The notes under the pieces are model-generated. The model was not told the DNA's origin. It saw nothing but the letters and a program-made list of their open reading frames with translations, and made no database searches. From NCBI RefSeq assembly GCF_006345805.1, contig NC_042997.1, positions 58,156,001 to 58,220,000 on the forward strand: a stretch of DNA of 64,000 nucleotides. The letters are read 5' to 3'. This DNA is from Octopus sinensis. Its lineage: Eukaryota. The stretch's first letter is position 1, and every line of letters begins with the position of its first letter. Shown one piece after another: positions 26,920 through 38,199 of the stretch. A program made the position numbers and the translations under genes.

Positions 26920-27658
26920 CTGAAAGGAGAGATAATTTATCAATTATAACAGTGTGGTATCTAATCAAGATATTTTGAGGTGTTTTTTTTTTGTAGTTTA
27001 CTTTTTTGTAAAACTCCAGGCCAGCCTTGATCAAGCAGAACCATAATCAAAGATGCTCTGTCAGTGATTCTCATCTTTTTATTCAGATATACTATACCTA
27101 GAACAACATTCTCAAATGTACCCTTGCTTATTCTATCCATTTTCATTATTCTGACACAAATCAATCCTGACTGAGATCTACAGGTAAACGAAGATGTTCC
27201 AAACATAACTATGTCATCTTTTTGTCCTGGCTACATTATCCAATACTCTACTTTTTAAAAAAAAAACAGTATGGTTTGATGAGGCATTTAGCTGCTATTT
27301 ATTTCAGGCTAAGCAACCACATGTAATTTATTGCAATTTGTTGGAGAGAAATTAGGAGCACAGGGAGGACTTGTATAATCTATGGAGTTATATATTGCGT
27401 GTACACCACTATTACTGTTTTCTTCTGTTGACCAAATGTGTTACCTGTCATTGTTCTAAGTATCTTTGTGCTTCATTTGACTTTCTTTTATATTCCACAT
27501 GTATTTTGTATGTTTTGGATGTGTTCTACATAACCCCTAGTATTTTTTCGTTCTGTGTATGGTATGTTTATGTTGTTGATTGTGATGCTTGGTAGTTATT
27601 GATTTTCTCTGGCATTGCTAATAAAAAGAGAGACAAGGGAAATTGGTTGGTGCTGCTT

Positions 27659-27880
27659 TAACCTTTTAGCATTTAATCCAGCCATATTTGGCCAAAATAT
27701 TTTACCTGTTTTATGTTAAAACTGACCAGATCTAACCTCTCACACCTACTCTACAATGTTATTCTAAAAATATACAAACATATCATTGAAAATTTGAAGC
27801 TACAAAATAATGCATGATTAATTCAAAACAATGTGAATAAACAAGCAATACATTTGATAAAGAAATCTGAATGTTAAAGG
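27659..27880. mobile_element. piggyBac-type MITE family A copy (opposite orientation)
   Basis: Reverse complement of the family sequence. Confidence 0.75.
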
Positions 27881-29801
27881 CTCTGTCAGTTTAGGATTGT
27901 TTCTTGGGGATTAGCATGGGGATGGAGTAGTTGTGCAGCTGAAGATTGGTGGAATAATGAGAGTAGGATGGGATCTGTGAATGACTCTGTGGGTGTATTT
28001 TGAGGAGTTGATTGTAAGTCGTTTAGGCATAATTTAAACATAGCAGAGGAGACGATGGTTTCTTGAAATGTAGGAACTTGTGAATTATGGATGTGTTGGT
28101 TTTGTACACTTTATATGTTTAGTGAGTTGAAAGATAGTTCACTTGTCTACTTCAGTAGACTGAGATCTAAAGAGGGATGCAGTTCAAGGTAGAAATTATT
28201 GAGAAAGCATTTAGTGTAAGGCATAGAAGTTAAGGTAGGCAGGGTGAGGAGTTGGGTGGAGGTGCATATAACTTGCTAGCCAAAGTCATTGTAGTAGTGA
28301 TATGAGGTAGAGAGAAGAATCAGTGACGAACCCCCTAAGAAATATGAAAAAATTCTGGGGTTTCACAGAAGATGCTTTTACTAACATTTTATATAAATCT
28401 ATTTAATAACAAAAGTGGTATTCATTATTTAGCTTTTTCTGGTTATCTTTCAGTGGTAGTATTCTTTCCCTGTACTGCTGCAGTATCATTTGGAAGATTT
28501 GAGATTATAGACTTTGATTGTGAGAGGAAGGTGGAAGGATTTACCTAGAAGGATGATGGTCCTCTGCTTAGTGGTGTCAGATAAATCAGAAGTGAAGAGT
28601 AGTAGGTGCTATGAGTAGTCAGCTTAAAACCTAGACCCCTAGACCCCACAAAAACACATATTGCCTACAGCAATAACCTACAACAGAATGAAAAGTGCCG
28701 CCCCTTTAAAAGTGCTGCCCTAATGCTCCCTGCTAGCTATGCTAGTAGACCAAAGCCATTCCATCCGCAACCATCCTGTTCATTATGGAGACATAACACA
28801 TCATTATCCAATGTGTCTTTTCTCAAGACAATAGAGTCTGATTAAAAGGGGATTTGGTTGTATTAGACAGATAAAAATTAGCAATATGAATGCTTTGTGC
28901 ATTGATGTTAGACTTCTTTTTTTATCTTGAATGCTATATTTTTAGCTTGGAAACCATAATAATATATGATGGCTTTAGATATCAATATACAATTCCCTTT
29001 AATGGAAAAGAATATTAAGTATCATTCTAAAATAGCACACAACTGTTCTTGGTAACTCACATCATAATGCATGGAGGTGTTAGATAACAAGCTTGCTTAA
29101 TTGTCTTAGAATGTCATGACTATTTTCTTAATTGTATGTGGTTCTTAATTTCCTCTGAGTGAAGTCAGTTTTCTCACTTTGGATATTATTAAATAATTTA
29201 TTACAAATTTCTTCTCTCTCTCTCTCTCACACACACAAACACACACGCAGCCGCTGCCGCTGCCACCACCGGACGCCACCACCACCACCACCACCACCAC
29301 CTCTGTATGTTCACCAGCCTGCCTGGACTCTTTGTAAACTATATTCTTTGTAGGTCTACTTAAAATGTAATTCTGATCTTACTTTCTTCATTCATGCATA
29401 ATTGACTGTATTGATTGGTCTTTGAACAGAAGGAAAGAAAGAAGGAAGGGACCAACTGACCAACCAATGGACAGACCAACCAGCTGACTGACTAACTAAC
29501 CTAACTACCTACCACCTACCTACCTACCAACCTAAATACCTACCTCAATTCACTCACCTACTTACCTATCTAACCACCTACCCTCCTACATACCTACCTA
29601 TGTATATATCAACATATCTACTTAGTTACCAGCTTACATACCCATCCACACATGTTTATGAATCATGATACCGGTTTTACCTCATAGGGACATGGTGATC
29701 TAAGGTGGGAAGTACCTGGCTGCAATTGGTATCATTCACTTATCCAACTGGCACATAATTTTATATGAGCTTTGAACCATTTTATGAGGTGTGTGTGTGT
29801 G

Positions 29802-30640
29802 TATCAAGTCAACCCATTAGTTCTGTCTGAATTTGGAATAAAGAAAACAAGCGATCAAATGTCATATTTAATTGAAATTTAATCATCAATGTACTTTCCC
29901 TGATTATCTATGACTTCCATCCATCTATTTACAAGCTTTTTAATCCCATCAATGTAAAACTCTTTTGGTTTCAAAGCGATGAACTCTGAAATGTCAGTTT
30001 CAACCTCCTTCTCGCTTGTGAAAGTTATGTCCCCCAAATGATTCTGTAAATTATGAAACAAATGGTAGTCTGAAGGAGCAAGGTCGGGAGAATAAAGTGG
30101 ATGAGGAATTTTTTCCCAACCTAGCTCTTTGATCTTCAGTGATGTGATCTTTGCAGTGTGGGGTTGTGCATTGTCCTGATCAAACATCACCTTTTTGATT
30201 CACTAAAGTGGGTCTTCTTTTCTTTAAAGCTTGGTTCAAACGCTCTAATTGTTGACAGTAGACTTGAGCATTGATTGTTGTATTAGGTGGTAACAATTCA
30301 AAGTGAATTACTCCCTTTGCAATCCCACCAGATAGAGAGAAGAACCTTTTTCCCATGAAGTTCCCTTCTCGGTTGTGGTTTTTTTCCTTTTACCTAGCCA
30401 CTGTTTATGACATTTAACATTTCGATAGAAGATCCATTTTTCGTCACCTGTCACAAGTCTATCCAAAAAGGGTGAAATGAGTTCATGAGAATGGAGAGAA
30501 GAACAGATGTCAACTCAGGATTTGTGGTTGCATTTGGACAATTCATGAGGCACCCATTTTCCAAGTTTAGGAACCATACCAAGTTGTTGAAGCTGATGAT
30601 GAACAGTTGTATGGTTTGAACTAAGCTTTTTTGCCAATTC
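29802..30640 (-). mobile_element. mariner (DD34D) transposon, 5'-truncated by a SINE, frameshifted transposase
   Basis: LVTGDEKWIFY, KVLLSIWWDCKGVIHFELL, DNAQPH, HPLYSPDLAPSDYHLF; TIR-like end tatcaagtcaacccattagttctgtc at 29802. Confidence 0.92.
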
Positions 30641-30866
30641 TTCTTTGTGTCTGTGTTTGTCACCCCACCATCGCTTGACAACAGATGTTGGTGTGTTTAT
30701 GTCTCCAAAACTTAGCAGTTTGGCAAAAGAGACCGACAGAATAAGTACTAGGCTTACAAAGAATAAGTCCTGAGGTCGATTTACTTGACTAAAGATGGTG
30801 CTCTAGCATGGCTGCAGTCAAATGACTGAAACTTGTAAAGGAGTAAATATATATACATATATATAT

Positions 30867-31030
30867 GTGAATAATAATAATTATAATTATAAGCTTAAAG
30901 CTTGTAAGTGTCCACTGTGTATTGGCTAAAGAAAATAGTCTAATATTGGGCATATATTAGACTACTTTTAACCAATACATGGTGAACACTTATAAGCTTG
31001 AAGCATATAATTATTATTATTATTATTTAC
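30867..31030. repeat. About 165-bp imperfect palindrome
   Basis: Arms ..aagcttgtaagtgtccactgtgtattggctaaag..tagtctaatat and atattagacta..ttaaccaatacatggtgaacacttataagctt.. around a short loop near 30947-30953. Confidence 0.85.
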
Positions 31031-31101
31031 AAAATTTTCACTCATCACCGTTTCTTCATTTAATGCAAAATACACACACACACACACACATTATATATAT
31101 A

Positions 31102-31700
31102 TCATCATCATCATCATCGTCATTTAACGTCCGCTTTCCATGCTAGCATGGGTTGGACGGTTTGACTGTGGGCTGGCAAACCAGATGGCTGCACCAGGTT
31201 CCAGTCTTGATCTGGCAGAGTTTCTACAGCTGGATGCCCTTCCTAACGCCAACCACTCTGAGAGTGTAGTGGGTGCTTTTACGTGCCACCGGCACGAAGG
31301 CTAGTCAGGTGGTACTGGCAATGACCTCGCTCGAATCTTTTTACACGTGCCACTGGCACAGGTGCCAGTGAAGCAGTGTTGGTAATGATCATGCTTGAAT
31401 GGCACCCTTTTACGTGCCACTGGCAGGGAAGCCAGTTGGCTGTTCTGGCAAACAACCTTGCTCAAATTTTTTTACACATGCCAACGGCACAGGTGCCAGT
31501 AAGGCGATGCTGGTAATGATCCCGCTCGAATGGTGCTCTGAGCACTCTACTAGCATGGGGCACAAGTGCCAGTAAGGCGAAGCTGGCAACGATCAAACTC
31601 GAATGGTGCCTTTTATGTGCCACTGGCACGGAAGCCGGTTAGCCGCTCTGTCAACAATCACGCTCGTATGGTGCTCATGCCTGTCATCGAATTTCACTTT
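31102..31700 (-). mobile_element. SINE-like repeat with (GAT)n tail and expanded internal ~65-bp tandem units
   Basis: Family signature GGTTGGCGTTAGGAAGGGCATCCAGCTGTAGAAAC..CAACCCATGCTAGCATGGAAAGCGGACGTTAAATGACGATGATG on minus; repeated gtgccactggcac units. Confidence 0.75.
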
Positions 31701-31843
31701 GATTTTGAATATCTCATGATTAAATATCTCTGTCAGAAACAGTGGAATACAGCAATCCCCAGTCCCTTACTTGTTCATTCCTTTACCATCCGTTTGTCCA
31801 TGCTTGCAAGGATTAGATGGAGACATACTCAAGACAGATTAAC

Positions 31844-31906
<63 letters not shown>

Positions 31907-33699
31907 GAAGAGTTACCCTTTGGGCTGTAGTCCTAGCTATGCAGCTTCACTGGTAAATGATGCATGACTGAAGGAGGTTAGGTAAGAATGAAGGCTTGTA
32001 TAATCAGGATATGAGTGGGAATTATTGAATGTGGTAAGTAGATTGTAGATGCATAGAAGGAAGAGAGTGAAAAACAAAACCAAACCCTGGGCTCATCAGA
32101 GTTTATTAAGAGTGGAGCAAGAAAGAGCTCTATGAACATATGACTCAATAGGACATTCACAAGCCAAATACAGTCAAAGACTTCGCTGTCTAGGGCAACA
32201 ACATTGGCTTTATTGACTTTCTCTCAGGGGAAAGCGCATTGGTGAGTGACATAAAAAAGGTCTCCAGTGGAACTAGCTCTGTGGAAAGCATATTGGCAGT
32301 TACTAAGGAGAAAGAGTGATTCAAAGCATTGAGGGATGCCTTTGTTAATGGCTGTTTCCATTAACTTTGATGATTTAATTTACAGTTTTCTCATGTTAAA
32401 AGGTTGAATTTTGTTACATACATAAGGAAAACAAACAATAAAAACCCCTGTTCATGACAAATCTGCAAAACAGAAAGACAGAAAATTAATGTAAAAACTC
32501 GAATCTACTTTCAAAGATATTTATTAAGGTTAGTATCCAAAATACAGAGGAGAGAAAAAAAATTTGAAAATAAATAAAATAAACATGGTAGTATTTGATT
32601 GGTGGATGCCGAATTAATGAAATAGCAAGTTGCTGTACAGAAAGTGTATTAAGTGATATCAAACACTTAACATAAGTTTAGACAAAAATGTTATTGCTCT
32701 GATTTAGCCTGAAGAGTTAGCTGATGACTTAAAAAACAACATCTGAATACTCATTATAAATCAAAGCATCATTAATCAAAGCACTCATTAATCAACAAAT
32801 TTAATCAACTGATATAAGCCTCATAAAACAAACATGTTTATATATATTTTCCCAGAAGCATCAAAGGAGTGCAGTTATCCTTTTTAAGTATAATTTGTGT
32901 TATATTAACTAGTGAAAGGTTTTATCATGTAATTGAAATTTTCTCACCAAACAACATTCATATAAATAATTGCATTGGACTTAGGGTAGATGGGGCAAAT
33001 AATGTTAGCTGGCCAACATAACTTAATATTTTCAAAATTCATTAATATGAAACCAAATGTTATGTTTGTAAAATGTACATGTCACAATTTGGTTTTATCC
33101 TATTTTCCTTATAAGCATCATAGAGAGCAAATGTATAAGCAAGAAGGCCTTTGACACATCTAGGAGTACACTAAATTTAAATGAGGCATGACTAACTGAT
33201 TCAGGCAGTGATGACCTGACCAGCCAATGCCAACATGGAAAATAGATCTATGATGATGATGATGGTTATGATGATATTGATGATAATGATGATCTGTATA
33301 TAAAAAAAAAAATTTTGAGTTACATTCAAATTAATATTATCCACAGTACTGTTTTGGTATATTTCTTCAGGTTTACTTTGGATGGTGGTGGTGGTGGTGG
33401 TGGTGGTAGGGATGAGAAATAGTAAATTGTCATGATCAAGTATATTCACATTGGCACTAATAACATAAGGAAAATGAAATAAATAAAACTGAGATATAAA
33501 ACTAATATTTGGTTTGCTGAAAGCTTATTTTCCCTCCAGTGGTTGAAAGGGCAGCCAAACATAATAAAGCTGTGCTAACAAAAATGCCATCCCTGGTTCT
33601 TTGGATTTGCACATGTTGTATTAAGTTATGTTCCTGTTTCCTTTGGTCTCCCTCCACATGAAATGGCAGTTCGAACTGCTTGAATCTATCCCAACCACT

Positions 33700-34985
33700 G
33701 TTCATCTCAGGTCAGTCATCAGCTCAACCCTGAATAATAGTCAACCATGTAACTTAAAAAAGGCTGCCAAATTTAGCAATTTTGACATTAAAGGGGTTGT
33801 TTGCCTTCTTTCCTCTCTGTCCCCTCTTATCTCATGTACCACAGACTCCTTCAACCAATTGAAGGAGTAACATCCTCTGGCCCCTCCAGATGATCACTTA
33901 CACTGGCCTGACCCACCAAGTTTTCTGCAACCCATCTTCAACCCTGACAATGTCAGGAGGGCAATTGACTCTTTTCCAGCAGGTTCTGGCACTGAGATCA
34001 ATGGCTTTTGACCTCAGCATCTCAAGGATGGTATCTCAGACAGCTGGTGATGCTAACTCTTGGAGAACCTAACACAGTTCATAAACTTGTTCTTGTCTGA
34101 GAGTGTTCTTGCCTACATTCGTCCCCAGTTCTTTGGGGCTCAAAGGTGACCTCTGTCCCATAGTATTTGGTTGTACTCTGCGATGGCTCACAGCAAAAGT
34201 GTACCTATCTTTAGTTTCTAACTGCCTGACCAAGGAATTTTCCGCTATTCAGCTAGGATTGGGTACAAAGCTAGGTTGTGAGGCTGCTGCTCATGCCATC
34301 AGGACTTTCACCAACTTGCCCTCTGAGTCCCCAAAGGTCATCCTCAAAATTGACCTTAAGAATGCTTTTAACTCCATCAGTAAAGATGTCATCCTCTGCG
34401 CAGTAAGGGAGAATTCCCCACCATTCTATCACTTTGCTTGGCAAGCCTATTGGGAGCCTTTCTACCTCTTGTTTGGTGACTACCTCATCCCATCTATCTC
34501 TGGAGACCAACAGGGAGATCCACTTGGTCCTGCTCTATTTGCATTGGGTATTGATGATGTTAATCAAGATAGGGTCCGACCAAGACCTAAATGCCTGGTA
34601 CCTTGATGATGCTTGTTTGGGAGGCCCTCCCAACAAGGTGCTTGCAACTGTGAGGATGATGATCGAAAAACTTGGTCATAGAGGTCTTAGTATCAACAGC
34701 TCTAAATGCCAGCTCTGGCTCCTCAACCACCTAACTTTGCATGAACAAACTACTAAAATATTTGTTGACTCCCTCCCCTCAATTGCGATCCCTCCTTCAT
34801 CAGTGTGGTGCTCCCTTGGAGCCCCAATTACTGAACTAGCTTTTGAGTTCATCTTTAGATCCAAAATGGCTAATCTTGAGCAACTTTTAAAAGATATTGA
34901 AGTAATTGTGCGCTACCAAGGTTTTTTTATACTTAGGAATAACTTGTCAATTCCTAAGCTAGTGTACCTAACAATGAAGTCTTGA
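33700..34985 (+). mobile_element. CRE-clade non-LTR retrotransposon RT relic
   Basis: AIDSFPAGS..PQHLKD; PIVFGCTLRWLTAK; QLGLGTKLGCEAAAHAIR; VILKIDLKNAFNSI; GDQQGDPLGPALFAL; LNAWYLDD; LGAPI. Frameshifted, with stops. Confidence 0.82.
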
Positions 34986-35011
34986 TTAATATGTGAAACA
35001 AACAAACTTAC

Positions 35012-35102
35012 TTCATTTCAAATGTTCCTGTGCCATGTCGTTTGTGATTATGGAAGTAGCCTTTGTATACAGAACCATCTGGAAACTTTAATTCTCCATA
35101 TC
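35012..35102 (-). CDS. MORN1: MORN1-like internal exon (91 nt, phase 1 to phase 2)
   Basis: Acceptor tttttattccaag|GA, donor AA|gtaagt. Encodes GYGELKFPDGSVYKGYFHNHKRHGTGTFEMK (a MORN repeat). Phases match both neighbouring exons; this frame is not in the ORF track. Confidence 0.92.
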
Positions 35103-35730
35103 CTTGGAATAAAAACAGAAGAAATTATCTTAACATACAAGAAAGACTTCTTCAGTCTTTCATGAAGGGGATCAACTTCAAATAAGAAGTGACTTAGATT
35201 ATGATGATCTATCCAATCCATGCCAATATGGAAAATGGTTATAGAATGGCAATGATGAAGATGAGGATGATAATGATGATGATGATGACAACAGCGACAA
35301 CTATGACAACAAGACAACGATGATGTTGACAACAACAACAACAATGATGATGGCAATGGTAGCATTGCAACAACAATGTTGATGCTGAATCTTTGATGTT
35401 ATCAGTCAAATATTTCATCCCAGACATGGCTGTATGTTTAAGAAGCTCACTTTGCATAGGTGACTGGTTTTGCATTTGCTAAAAATGGCAATGAAAATGA
35501 GTGATAATATTATAATTTCATGCTGTCATAAGAAGCTTTCAATCAATGACAATGGGTTTCTATCAGTGTCTGTCTAACAAATTCACTTGCAAGACTTTGG
35601 TCACTGTGTGGCTGTAAGGGAACACACTTGCCCAAGATACATACAGTGGAACTGAACCTAAGACCACATGGTTGGGAAGCAAGCTTCTTAATCCCACAGC
35701 CATACTTGTGCCTAAAAGGAGAATACTTAA

Positions 35731-35950
35731 CCCTGTAACATTCAAATTATTCTGTCAAAGGTAATGCTTATTTATTCACATTGTTTTCAATTAATCACAC
35801 ATTATCTTGCAGCTTTGAGATTTTGATGATGTGATTGTTCATTTTTATAATAACATTATAGGGTAGTTGGGAGAGGCCAGATCTGGCCAGTTTGACCATA
35901 AAACAGGCAGAATATTTTGACTGGATATGGCTGGTTTGAATGGTAAAGGG
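35731..35950. mobile_element. piggyBac-type MITE family A copy
   Basis: TTAA|CCCTGTA ... TAAAGGG|CTAA; family sequence. Confidence 0.8.
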
Positions 35951-36146
35951 CTAATTTGGTCATCAGCAGCATTATTAATACCTATCTTATTGTTTGTGGA
36001 TGAATGGAAGGCAAAGAAGACACTGCTGGATTTCAACTCAGAATATACAAAAATAACTAAAATACTACAATACATTTGTCAATCTGCCAATCCACTGCCT
36101 CAACTGCTATTAAATTTTGGCATTTTTATGAATAAAGAATACTGAC

Positions 36147-36356
36147 CTTCTTTCTTATTTTCACACCAATTTCCATCATAAACGAAACCATTTTTATATT
36201 CCATTATCCCTTGCCCATGAAGTTCTCCTGCTTTGAACTCTCCAGTATATTTATCTTGTGTTCTAGCAAAATATTTAAAACCACTGCCTTCTATTTCCCC
36301 ATTATAGAAGTTTCCTTTGTAATAGCTTCCATCTTTTAATGTTAATGTTCCAAATC
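36147..36356 (-). CDS. MORN1: MORN1-like internal exon (210 nt, phase 1 to phase 1)
   Basis: Acceptor ttcttcctag|GA, donor AAG|gtcagt. Encodes GFGTLTLKDGSYYKGNFYNGEIEGSGFKYFARTQDKYTGEFKAGELHGQGIMEYKNGFVYDGNWCENKKEG, i.e. tandem MORN repeats resembling vertebrate MORN1 (..KDGSYYEGAFVDGEITGEG..). Confidence 0.92.
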
Positions 36357-36521
36357 CTAGGAAGAAATACAAAAATATAAAACTCAATCCTTTTATCATT
36401 ATTATAAAACCAGCTGTGCAAAAGTGAGCTGAAGAAAAGAAGATAACTTGTGATAGGATAGAGAGGGGTAGACAGAAACAATAGGACATTTATAAATTAT
36501 ATAATAAATAGAATGAGACAT

Positions 36522-36563
<42 letters not shown>

Positions 36564-37087
36564 TCAAGTAAAGAAAACCTCATTAAGGGATCATAGATCC
36601 AACGAAAATATTGGTTAGTTACCAATCAATAGAAAGTTCAACTATAAGGTAACCATATAAACCGTGGTTCATTATATATTTAAAGAATAAGGAGAATATA
36701 GAGAGGTAATTAATAAAATTACTCATTAATTATAAAATATGACAACATCTCTGACAGCTGTTTTGATTCAGAATCTTTCGATAATTACACTTCCTACTAA
36801 TCATTCCCTCCCTTTGCTATTAGATGTGAGTCACCATGCAACTCTTCTGCATGAAACTGCTCTCTTTCTTCACCTGCCTTCTCTCATATTCCAATCCCTC
36901 ATTCACTAACATAAAACTGACCCTCCATTCATTTGGGGTTTGTAGTATTGCCAACTGCATAGTGACTTCAATTGTACCAGTGACACAAAAAGTGTGCCTA
37001 GTTGACATTAAGAAAAGCATCCAGCTATAGAAACCATACAAAAGCAGACATTGAAGCATGATGCTATCCTTGGACCCCTCAGATCTT

Positions 37088-37252
37088 ACATTATTCACAT
37101 TATTTACATTTGACAGATATTTGTCCTCATCTTGTTTGTTGTTAACACAATGCTTTGGCTGATATACCCCCCAGCCTTCATCACGTGTTTTGGGGAAATT
37201 TCGAACCTGGGTTCTCATTCCTGAGGTATTTTTTGATGTAATTATTATATCA

Positions 37253-37295
<43 letters not shown>

Positions 37296-37411
37296 TGTAC
37301 GGAATCTTGGGGTTAGTAGCCTGCGCTGTTAACCACTGCGCCATATGCCCGTAGGCATATATCTGTCAAATGTAAATAATGTACATAATTCCCCATCTCT
37401 TAAATATAGAA
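37088..37411 (-). mobile_element. Composite mini-element: tRNA-like head, (AAT)n, hammerhead-like motif, Penelope-type inverted terminus
   Basis: 12-bp TSD ccctcagatctt (37076-37087, 37412-37423); 24-bp perfect inverted repeat (37097-37120 / 37359-37382); A box TGGCGCAGTGG; decayed hammerhead core 37144-37190. Confidence 0.75.
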
Positions 37412-38199
37412 CCCTCAGATCTTGTCTAACTGTGAAACCTATGCCAGCATTGAACATGAACACTAAATGGTGATGATGAGGATTTTATCAATAAAAATAA
37501 CATTGTTTAATGATGATGATGATCGTCATCATTATCATCATCATCATTTTTTTAATGTCTACTTTTCTATGCTTGTATGGGCCAAATAGAATTCAGTGAG
37601 TTCAGATTATCTACAGCTGGATGCTTTTCCTGTCATCTAGTCTCACCTATTTCCAAGTAAGGTAATTGTTCACCATGGCTAGGTATGTTCTCACAGAAGA
37701 CTGGAATTGAACAATACTCATTCATAAACACTGCATGATGTTAAGACAAGGGGATACACACACACCAGAAATATATATATATGTATAGGATGAGCTCCTT
37801 TTAGTTCCCATCTACCAAATCCACTCAGCTTTGGTCAACCTAGGGCTGTAGTGGAAGACACTTGCCCAAGGTGCTGCACAATGGACTGAAATCATATGAT
37901 TAGAAAGAAAATTTTTAACAACACAGACAATATTTGTATTATAGAAATCTATACAATATTTATGTCATCTGTTCTTTTGGTCACATGATACTTAAACACT
38001 TGCTCTTTCATTCTTTCTTTGTCAATTGCAATTCTATCTCTCTCTCTCTCATTCTTTCAGTTCAAGTGAGTGATGGTTGACATCAGCACTAAATGATTGT
38101 CACTTGTTAACTTAGCTATCATCAATATTTATTTCTAATGATAAAGTAATTTGATGACAATGATATGGAAATAAATTTATAAAAAAATATATATATTTA

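Noticed and set aside
31270-31680. CRISPR-like repeat-spacer appearance
   Set aside because: The spacers are homologous to each other, the array lies in a SINE-like repeat, there are no cas genes, and the DNA is eukaryotic.
32422-32462. 41-nt minus-strand segment with good acceptor (ttttgcag) and donor (gtatgt)
   Set aside because: Length is not a multiple of three, and the flanking MORN1 exons already join in frame; no MORN similarity. Could at most be a poison exon.
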